A stretch of 64,000 nucleotides of DNA from Lytechinus pictus. Lineage: Eukaryota. The notes under the pieces were generated by a model. It did no database searches. It was not told the origin of the DNA and saw nothing but the letters and a program-made list of their open reading frames with translations. Positions 11,601-23,600 of the stretch are shown here, in pieces. Both the position numbers and the translations under genes were made by a program. Location of the stretch: NCBI RefSeq assembly GCF_037042905.1, contig NC_087247.1, positions 38,378,001-38,442,000 on the forward strand, written 5' to 3'. How positions within the stretch are numbered: the first letter of the stretch is position 1; every line of letters begins with the position of its first letter.

Positions 11601-14600
11601 TATATTCGAATGCTTATTAAACAACATAATTCATGAGTGGTGTATTATCTTCTGTTGGATCCCAGGAGATGGTTTACATCATAAGAAACATGTCTTACCT
11701 TGTACATTACACTGAGGGATGTCACATAACTCTCTCATGTACCCCTGTTCATTGTGAGCCGCTTTATACATACAGAATGGAGCATCCGCGATGAATACAG
11801 AAGGATTACGGCAGTAATTCTCATCCAAACCTTCCAGTATAAGATATAGAAGATCACAACATTAATTCAATGCTGCCAAGCACCAGCTTTTAGTCAGGAT
11901 TTGACGCCCTTGTGGCGTTTAGGTTAACATGCGTATATAGTCTATCAGTCAGACTGGAATCGCATATCACATTATCATTACCAAAAGAGGTTATATAACT
12001 CCACCCATTGTTAAAAAAAAAAAAATCATTATATTACATTTTATTTTCCCGACAATGCCCAGCCAGAACATGCAAGACAGATGTTCTGTGATGAAATAGC
12101 GATATTGGCTGAACCCCAGAGAGCACTCTGGCAAGCATTGCCAAATACTTTTAACCGAGTCTGGTGGCTTTAAATTGTAATTGACTCACCAAGAAATCGT
12201 AAGACAGAGAATGGTTGATATCTGAAATTGACATGAAATTATGAACTGAAACGGAGTCTTCATAAATGCCGCTAAGACACTTTCTCTATCATGGATCGAG
12301 CTTGTTACTTTGATGCAACAGAGCCGAGGTGTTGGACTTTATGAACAGAGATCACTGGGAACGTAAATCATGAAGTGAAAAAATCATTTCTTTTTATCAG
12401 CTTTTGAAAAGGTGTCCTAAAAGTGAGCATTTCAGCGATAATCTACAAACTTTCCAGCTCATATGCAGATAAAGATAATGGTTGTTGTACTCTTTAATAC
12501 AGATATTTAGTTCAAAAAGCTAAACCCAGATCGACGATGATAACAGGACAATAACGATTACAATCAGTCTCAAATAATGTGTATACTCGTATAAGTTTTA
12601 GCATGGAAATGGTCAATCATAAAAAAAAATCGTACAGGATAATGAGGATTTCGAGATTGATAATACTTTAACTTGTATTTCCTCTCTCACCTGCATTCGG
12701 ATAATTATCAGGAATCCAATAAGTGTCCTTCCATTCCACACAGATATGACCAGATGCTGTGGTGCGAGCTGGACCGCGGTAAGTAGTGCCTCGGACCCTC
12801 GGATCGTAGCATCCTACATCTTCAGCTGTTTGGTACAGAATCAGCGACATGAATAAAATGGAATGAATCAGCATTTTTAAATTGCTTTGACAAATATTTC
12901 AAGCAATAAAAACTACATAGAGCATGTAGGTGTAAATCTCTGGAAATCTGCCGCACTAGTTCATGTTCTTTTAATATAATTTCGTCAGATTCAAACTCTG
13001 TAATCACCTATTCCTAAATATCATAACCAATCAACACACCAATTAAATACGATCATTCGTTTCTTGAACCAATTAAGGAATAATACTAGCTTATGTATCA
13101 ACTTTTTCCATTTATTGATCTGTATAAACAATTTTGCTCATGTTTTTGTAGTCCATAAAAAGTGTCATGCTGTATTTTGCTCAAGATTACTTTCTATACA
13201 CCGCATTGAATTTTAATTATACATTACATTCAGATCTTTAGATGATGACACATTTGTGATGACATTCCGGCATTCTCGAATATGGTTAATCAGGCTTAGC
13301 ATTCAATGTTTTTTGTATTCCAGCACGAATGGAAGTATAATTTTGATGATAGACTTCTGATATCCCACAATCACATTACGTCCAGTCAGACGAAGCACAC
13401 TTACAACTGCATTCTATGACTAAATATTGTGACCAATCAGGACGAAGCATACTTACAACTGCATTCTAGCACTAAATATTGTGACCAATCAGGACGAAGC
13501 ATACTTACAGCTGCATTCTAGCACTAAATAGTGTGACCAATCAGGACTAAGCATACCTGTATTGTAGTACCGACATTGTGACCAATACGGAGAAATCTAC
13601 AACTGTATGCTGGCACCAGACATTGTGACCAATCAGGACGAAGCATACTTACAATTGCAGTCTGGCGCAAAATAGCGTGTTCAATCAGGAAGAGGCATAC
13701 ACCTGTACTTACTGCGTTTTAGTACCAAACACTGTGACCAATCAGGACGAAGTATACTCACGATTGCATTCTGGTACTGAACAATATGACCAGTCTGTTT
13801 GGTTGTGTATCGGATCCCAAAAGTAACACCATGGACCCATCGCTCCATTCGGATTTCGGCAATAATTCTCCTCCAGCCCTAAGAAGTGGTAAAAAATAAA
13901 AACCTCTGTACAGAATCCTCCATCTCATTTCTAAACAACTAGCTTCATATTCTGATTTTAGTATTTGTACATTATTCGTCTTGGCCAAGATGCCAGTCGA
14001 TTAAGTGAAAATTAATTACTCGATATGATTTGTCTTTGCAGATTTCGATTAAATTATTCGTAGAGTATATAGGGCCTTAATCATGCAAGTGTCACATGTG
14101 AAATATTTTTATTTTGTTAATGTCTTGTTCGGGGATCTTTTAAGTAGTTGTCCATTTAAATAATATCGAGAATAGGTGCCCATTCTATTGCTCTCTGTCA
14201 GTTTGTATTCTTCAAACAAAGTTGTGAACAATTTGATAACGGTAAAAAAAAATTGGTAGACCGACGCTGTTTAACATTTCTACTAGATAAACTTCTATTC
14301 TTTCTTTGATATATTTTTATTTCAATTTCACTATAGGCCTTTATCATGTGAATCTTGGGGATCTACCACCGTCAAAGATTACCAAAAATGGTGCTTCTGT
14401 TTTCCTGCTCACCATATGTTTGGTTTCTCTCATAATAGTCTTGTTCTGGGTCGTAGCCTAATTCCACATCTTTACTGTTCTTAGCGCTCAAGAGACAACG
14501 AGATCGGTCACTCCCGCCACTCGCCGTGTGGTAATTAAACGATTTGCAGAAGAAATCAGCTCGATGAAGACACTCATGGGCACACTCAGAGAGGCTGATA

Positions 14601-17600
14601 TCGCTGATACTTGGTGCCACTGGAAGGATGGATTTGAGCGGCTGCATCGTGAATTCGCTCAATGGCACTAAGACAAAGAAAAAAGGGTATTTTGCTATCC
14701 ATACCTTGGAAGAGGGTATATAGTTATTACAAACCTTATTTGTCCCTCTACAACCCTCAAAATGACCAAGATATGTAATAGGTAAGGCTCTGTACAGCTA
14801 AAGTGCATACACAGTTGAAAATTTCTCTGGGTTGAATTCTTAGTTGAACAATATATCATAGGCTCGAATTGATTTTAACTTGAGCTTTTTTGACAAACCC
14901 CCTACTAAATTCAAAGGTAAATCGTTCCACTCTAATATCACTCTTAGTGATATCCAGATTATACAATTAAAACTAAAAGAACTACAACATTAACTGGAAC
15001 GTGTGCACTTTGATTGTGTTCAGACATGACGGAATTGGAGATATCTTCATTGTAATGTAATAAAAAATTATCACCATTGGTAATACATTGTCAAATATTG
15101 CATACTTTATAATGATATTTTGGATGTGTAACAATTATAATAATCGATACTTTCGATTTCCGCTCAAAGATGGGTCTCCCAAAGTGTATATCATTCATGT
15201 GCAAAGAGAATGATTCTGGCAAATCAATATGCTTACCTGGGTAAAATTCATCGATGAAGTTGACCCAGTCAGAGCAGGTCCGTCCTAAAGAAATGTAATT
15301 TGCATGTCCGCGATACGACATCCCTTTCCCGACATAGCATCCAACTTCAACTGGGTAAGAGTAATATAATTTATTTGTCTTTAATTGCTATTCATTCATT
15401 ATATGTTAGCAACTGTGTGATTTATCATTGATCATTTCAATTAGCATTGTTTCATGATGCTTTTAATTATTTGAGTGAATGGGCTTTATGGCTTACTATA
15501 TTTTGATTCATTCTTTCAATAAGATCGACACTACATTGACATATAGTAATTTACAAAAAATATATAATCAATACTTACTGGTGCAATGTGGGACAAGACA
15601 TGGTTCCTGTACAAGGCCTTGGTTATCGTCTCTTACGTAACACCATGGCTCGTCGTCCTGGCTTGGATTGCGACAGTAATTATGATCCAATCCTGTCATT
15701 ATTATATGAAATTTGAATAGTTGTTGATATCATACTGACCTAATAGAGACATTTTAAGGAGAGTGCCATTAAACGGATATGTATCTTACTGATCAAATAA
15801 TGTGAGCGTGAAGCGCGAAAGTTTTTGATATTCAGACCTAAAAAGGGACATTATAAGTAAATGTTTGTTATCATGATACGTACCTGTCTTGCTTTAACAA
15901 ACAATACGAGCGCGGACATTTTAAGGACTATACTTTAGGAATCAATCAAGAGTATACATATATCTCACCATAGTCATCTAATGCGAGTGTCAAGCGATTG
16001 CTGATTTTGTTAGAATTACATCTAATCACACTTGTAGTCATTGTAATCATGATTAACATACGCATCTCACTAATCAAATATTGCGAGCGCGAAGCGCGAG
16101 CTTAAAATTTAGGAAATTCAGACCTGAAGAGGGGCATTTTAAGGCTTGTTTGCAGGAAATCACGAATATCATACGTATTTCACTAATCAAATGATGCAAG
16201 CGCTATGCGCGAGCTAAAATTTTTGTTGACTCCAAAACCATGAAAACAGGGATATTTTAAAAACTATTTTTAAGGAATTCATTAAGAGTATACATATCTC
16301 ACCATAGTCATCTAATGCGAGTGCCAAGAGCTTACTGATTTTGTTAGATTTGCATCTATAAACACAAGTCATGAAGCACTTTTTGTAGTCATTGTAATCA
16401 TGGTTATCATACGCATCTCAATAATCAAATTTTGCGAGCGCGAGCTGAAAATTTAAGAAATTTAGACCTGAAGAGGGGAATTCTAAGGCTTTGATACTGA
16501 TATTCTTCGTCACCAAAGGGGCGAGTACAGGTCTACTCTAGACTGACTCTAAAAGCAGACATACCAGCATTAGGATACGTGGTAGGGTTATATGGCCGAC
16601 TTGTCGCTTCTTCCCACTTTACGCACGTCTGTCCATTCTCTCCTTCATTCGCTGATCCTCTATAGTTGGCACCGTTTCCCTCATAGCAACCAGTAGCTGT
16701 GTGGGGGTAAGCGAAATCGACTCGTGCATGATTATTGTATCAATAATACTGATGTATCATGTATAATCTTCGATACACTGTAATGCAACAGTGAGAATAA
16801 TGACGTTGCTAATTAGGCCCAAGTTCTCGTTTTCAGATTTCTTCCTCCCAGATTCAATAAATAATTAAATAGGAGAAATATGTATCAACAAACAACACAT
16901 ATAATGGTTATGAATTTCTCCGAAGATGGAGTAAAAATCTAAAGCAGTTTTGGCAGTTTTACAGAAGTGCTATAAACAATATGTTCAGCATTCAAACGCC
17001 TAACAGCACAAACACTGAAACAATCAACAATTTTAGGACTTATGCATGCACTTCGATAATTGTTAACTGGATAATATTATTACAAAAATAAAAGAAAATA
17101 AAAATAAATCTTATATCGGCTATTTATCATACCACCTCATTTACACCACTTTCCCCACCTGTATACGATAATTCCTTTCTGCATTTACCATGATTTAAAA
17201 AAACAACTGCTTTCACAACCATCCTGTTTAAAAATACACATATCTGTAATGAACAAAATACTTACTATTGCACTTGGGGATTCCACAATAGGAGTATGCG
17301 TACCCTTCAGCTTTCTTGTTATAGTAACACCATGGACCATTTCCGGATCCAGCTGGGTTTCGACAGTAATTACCCTCCAGACCTATTCATTTAATTATTG
17401 AATTTCAGAATACTTTGATCTGAATGATAAATATGATCATTGTATTTATTATTGCTTTTTGTAAAGACGTTTGATTAAAATAACGTAAAAAATAATAATT
17501 TGTCAATGATTATTCAGATGGGTTTACATTTAGGGTAATGATATAGGATAACGATGTAGATACTTGTATATTTTCTTATAAGTCACCAGGCACCACGGTC

Positions 17601-20600
17601 ATCCTATTCTCTTTTAAGAACATGAAATGATTAATGATGTGAAACGGGAGGAGCTCACATGAAGTTCTTGTTATTTTCTAATCTGTAATGAAATTTTATA
17701 AAATGAGACATCCGCGAGCGTTGAAGCGAAACAAAAACTACGTTACTATGTTTTCTTTTCAGAGATGCATCGTCTAATATCTTAATGATATTGATAATTG
17801 ATAATGCAAGAGTGAATGTATACCCCTCAAATTAATATGAAACATAGAACGAAGGGGACGATATAACGTCGAGCAAACGAAAAGACAATACCTTCTTCTG
17901 GAAAGGATCGAGGGTTGAAGTAAGCCGAATCGTCGAGGGAAGCCCAAGGAAGACAGGTACTACCGTTTTCTGTCTTGTCATACTTTCCTCGGTACACGTA
18001 CCCATCACCTTCGTAACAGTCAACAGGAGCTGGGGTGGAAGATAAATTATGTATGAAATCCATTATGAGTAATGGTTTTATAAATAAGAAGGAACACTGA
18101 TCCCTATTGAAAAGTAAATATTGCAGTTTTAAAGCAATTAGTAATGATTTTGTTTCTTGGAAAAATATTGTGGTATTATTGTTGTCGATATTAGCACAAA
18201 AAAATTATCAGTTTGGTAAATAAATAAGATACACAAACAACATTTTAAAACCTGGGTAAGGACGAAAAAAGATGATGTGAGATTGCCAATTCTTAAATTT
18301 GCAACTTACCATTGCATTGAGGTACATCACAATCCTGGAAGCCAAACTCAATATAACACCAAGGCTTGGCAGCATTGTTTGGATTCCGACAGTAGTTCTC
18401 CGTTAAATCTAAAAATCAAAATTGCAGTTTGTAAAAAAAAAAAAAATATGAAAGAATGAGCTATATACAGCAATGTATGATTAAGAAGAGAAAATTTGAT
18501 AATAGGGAAAATTAGGGGGGAAAGCGTAGCATGCTTATTGTAGCGGCAGACCTAGAAAATCATCACTATGAATATTCGAATACATTCCAATGTATTCACT
18601 GACAACACGATAATGTTTTCCCTGTCCAGTCTTACACGATTTTGCAAAGTACAGTCAAGTTTGCTTGGTAAGTTGGTATTGAGTAAAATATTTTAAGTTT
18701 AGTAAAATGTTTTGGGCTAAATCTTATCAAGCTTCTCGAAAAGAAGGTGTTGCTCTTTTTCCTTCAGGGAAATTGGGGCTTGGATGTCTATTCTAAACTC
18801 TGAATATACTGTACCTTTATCGGGGTAGTCTATTGGATTATACTCTCGGTTCGCATCTTCCCAATTATAACATAGGTTTCCATCTACAGTCACTATTGCA
18901 TTCCCCTTATATTGCTGAAATGGTTCATAGCATCCAACATCAGCTGTATAAATTAAACAAAACACATTATCATGCAATAGAACAATTTATTTGGACATTT
19001 AATGTCACTGCCCATTTATCATTAGGAACCATCATGATTGATTGATTTAATTCGCCGTGTGTGATTTAACTAATGCAAATATAAGATATAAAGTATCAAA
19101 ATACCTCGACGAGATGTCTCATATCCAGAAGGGTCTTTACCTACGTCACTGAAGATGAACTTTCTCCCGAATGCTCGATTTTCACCAGAACCATTAAAAG
19201 GATGCTCCGGGCTGAAAATATTTATATCTCAATACATAGAGTAAAATTCACAGAGCAAAATGCTGAAAATTTGATCAAAATCGGATAACAAATAACGAAG
19301 TTGTTGAATTTTAAAGATTTGCTTACTTTCGGTTAAATAATTCTAGGCATGTCTTCATGAATATTCATTAGATGGGCTGATGATGTCATATCCCCGCTTA
19401 TTCTTTTGTATTTTACTATATGGAATTAGGTTTATTCGAAAATTTTCTACTAAGAACTTAAACAATTAGATTGATATCTGATTAAGTGCATTAGTTATTT
19501 CTTGCTGCAACTTATTTCATAATAATGGAGACACATCATTTACACATCTCTTGCTGCAACTTATCTCATAATAATGGAGACACATCATTTACACATTTAA
19601 ACAATCATGATTTCATGTAAAAACATAAGAAAAAGGAAAATGGGGATGTGACATCATCAGCCCACCTAATGAATATTCATAATGACATGCCAAGATCTGT
19701 TTCACCGGAATAAGGCAAATATTTATAATTCAATAACTTCGTTATTTGTTATCCGATTTTGAGGAAATTTTGAGCATTTTGCTTTGTGAATTTTACTCTA
19801 TTTATTCAGATATAAATATTTTCAGCCCGGAGCATCCCTTTAAGACATGAACGCAATTATTCTTCACCACAATTATTAGATGTAAACATGGTAAATACGT
19901 GGAAAACTCTCTCGAATGCTCCTTCTTCACGAGAACATTCGAACGTAAATTTCATTATCTGAATATGATCACACAGCAACAAACACACCCTCACACTGAC
20001 TCACCTTTGCGCACACCCACGTGCATTCACACACACACACCCTCACCCATAGATTCACGCACACGGAGGTTGTATGCGATTTAATTAGCCGACTGTATAG
20101 CGTGTGGAATATATAACATTTAGTATTATTACACATATATTAAATTTCCATTTAACATCTTCACATTGGGTACAATTACAGGATTGTCAAATTCTTTTTA
20201 TGCTGCTGTAGACAAATCAATATTGAATGTATAGAGGGTAAGGGTAAAATGTACTTACGTGGATTTGTGGGAGGAGGCGGGGTCGACTCATCTGTCAAGG
20301 AATGCAAAGAAGAGTTAACAAAATTATACGACAAACTTGTATTATGCTGTGTTAAAAAAATCAATCATCACAATAATTCATATCAACATTACAGAATCTA
20401 TCAACGAAGGCCCTAAACAAAAACGATAATTTTCATTTCAAATGTTTTGTAAAAGACATTAAAAAAAAAGAAGGGAATAATGTTTCTGTTTCTGGTAACT
20501 CCCGTAGGAACCATGCAGGACAGCGTTTCGCTGGTAAACGCCAAGCTGGTACATAACCAATTTTCTAAGAAATATGTGTTATCAAGTCGCAGAGTTTGAT

Positions 20601-23600
20601 AAAATAGCTTTGCAATAATTCTTTAACAACTTACTATTTTATGTCAAAATGTTCAATTACCTGCTTTTTTCTTGCAAATAGAAGCATATTTCCGATTACA
20701 TGAAACGTCATTCCACACTCCTGATGGGGTGGTATATGGCCCTCGTACATGAACACAATCTTCGTTGCTACCGGCGTTATTTGGTTCACCAATGTCCCAG
20801 TTGTGGTAATCAAACTGCAGGAGTAAAAATGATAATTTATTTATTTAAATGTTTTCATTCCTGTTTCTTAAACTAAATATTACCAATACAATATCGCTAA
20901 TAGTTAAATTTCTTATGGTAGACGGAAATTCATAAAAAATATTCTCTCCAACTAATTTCATACACTGTAAACAAATATTGGGTAAAAATTTAACCAGTAC
21001 GAGGGTAATAATGTGTCCAACCAATTTAGGGCAGTAGTTTACCCGATGTGGGAAGTATATTGTCAAGTAAAGTTAAAAAATAAGCAGCAATGACTTTAGA
21101 ATGGAAATAATTTTTAGAATGGGCAAAATTTTTATCAAATTGGATAAATAAAAATGCCCAATGTTGGTTGGACACATTATTACCCTCATATATCATTTTT
21201 ACCCAATATTTTTTTAGAGTGTAGGAGATAAATCTAGAAAACGGAATGATATTAAAAGGAAGCATTGTTTAATGCTTAGTCTCACCACTGCTTAGTTAGA
21301 ACACTAAGAAGAATTGCACAGAAATTATATCAATATATATAATATTTTTTCTGAAAAAATGAATCGAGGCTTGGTTAATAGGGAATTATAATCTCGACCT
21401 GGAATGATTTGATATCTATTTCAAACATCTTTTTCCTCAGGATAATCACATCGTTCTATTAATCATGACTTATTATCATCCGTTTTTTTCCATTCAGGAT
21501 AGCATAGAAAAGTTTTAGCTCAGTTTTACATGTTGTATATGCTGTGGTGTTGTTGCTTATTTCAGGCATTTTATAAAATTCATCATCATCTGCATAAGCT
21601 GGAAGAGAGGTGGAATGGTAAAAAAAATACTTTTTTAAGAAGTGTGAACCTGGGAAACGTTTCAGCAATGTTTTTGTCCAACAAGACAACTTTCCTTGAT
21701 TTGGATTGGCTGTAAAGCGCTGTTACGATGGCAACTGTCGGATAAAACGGGACTTGCCAGATAAAACGTCCGACAAGTCATTTCATGAAACGCTCCAATG
21801 ATCTCCCAAATTGTAAAGATTTACAAAGTAGTTTATGGAATTATGAGGGACATACCTGAGTTCCGTCAGTCCATTGGAAATCGTTTATTCCAGCACCTTT
21901 TCTTTCAAGTCCAACATAGTAGTCATTTGCTTGAAGATGTACTACAAAAAAATATTTAACAATAAAGTAAAAACATACCTATTATGATTATGATGGTAGA
22001 GAAGTACATGTAGTTTATTGCGATATCATATAGTTTTATATCAAAATATATAATAGCTACATAATAGAGCATACAGTATGGAATATAGTTTAATAGTCAA
22101 TGATATGGGCATACATGTACATGAAATAAATATCAGTGGAAATGTCTATTACTCAATATTAATATACGGCTTGCTCCAAAACTTCTTGAAATAGAAATCA
22201 AAATGTGTATATCAGTAGCTCCAACACTTCTTAAAATAAAAATTAAAATGTGTATATCAGTCGCTCCAGACCGCTCCAAAACTTCTTAGAATAAAAAAAA
22301 ACAGTTGTCCTGCTTCTAAAAATAACTTTACAAAAATTGTTTCAGGGACTGGAAAAGTTAATTAGGTTATTAGACCTTTGACTTTCCTGCACATGTTAAC
22401 AATTTGAGAGACTGTTTGCAAACTTAACTATAATAAACGACAAAATGTATGTTTATTTTATGAGAAATTACGCCGAATCAGAATAACTAACTCCAAATTC
22501 AAAAAAACAATGCAACAGTTGTTTAAAATACTGGCCTATCAAGCCTATAGCTTTAGCTTTGTTTTTGTTTTTTAAAAGGCAAACCAGAATTTTTATTTCG
22601 TAAGCATTTTGGTCCGAAAAATAGATAAAATCACATATTCGATCCAATTACTTACATTCTATGAATGACATTTCTTCTGTCGTATGGATGCTTGCCAGTT
22701 TGCCTCCCTTATCATTACAGTTTTGTTGTGCATCAGTATAAGTTACTCCCGTTTCTTCCATAAAGTAGCAGTGGTCATTGTAGATATACCAGTCAGCTGG
22801 ACAGTAGCCCGTTGCTGGAATGAAATGTTATGGTCAAAGTGTTAAGTGTCTAATAACATAGAATATATAAGAAATATATCATGATGATAGAATGATCAAA
22901 ATCGTCTGTAATAAAAAGAATTAATATATTCTGTCATTGTTGATTTTACACAGAAATCTGTAATATCACGTCAATATAATTATGTACTCACGTCGATCAG
23001 GATCCACTGGAGTAATAGGTGCTCCTGGAAAGAAATAATGATATCATTAAACAATAGTTAAATTTAAGAGCGTTATTAAAATTAACTGATGATTATAAAG
23101 TTTTCATAAAACAACTGTTCCTTAAACATCACTTCTTATTCTACAATATATATACATGTAGCTCTATATTTTGCTCCTTTTAAATCCCTCCTCTCTTGTC
23201 CATGTTCATCATGTTCATCATGTTTATTTTAAAACATGTTTATATACCATGGTTATCGTGTCCGCTGCAGTCTTTATTTTTCTCCATTATACATGTTGCC
23301 TTGTCTTTCTCCTACATAATTTGCTAACCCTTTTTTCTTTTATTTTCACTGTCATTGTTATGATAGAACGACACTATAAATCTCTTAGTATCCAAGAAAC
23401 ATGATGAAAATGTGTAATCATGTAATAGAGTAATTGAAATTTGTTCAGTTCTAAAATTCGCGAAACATATATTGATGTATTTGATCACGGGAATATCCAA
23501 ACTTTCTCCAGACTGTATAAGCGATAGTTTACTTCGTTCTTGGGGAGGTTTTACTTTCAAAATGTTTATTGTTTGATGCATGAACTGAACATTACCTTCT

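Noticed and set aside
13382-13795. CRISPR-like appearance of the regularly spaced repeats
   Set aside because: The inter-motif segments are homologous to each other and to the exon, there are no cas genes, and the context is a eukaryotic intron.
11699-18943. Calling the gene plasminogen, apolipoprotein(a) or HGF
   Set aside because: No serine-protease domain, the PAN position differs, and the kringles are embedded among CTLDs; no gene symbol assigned.
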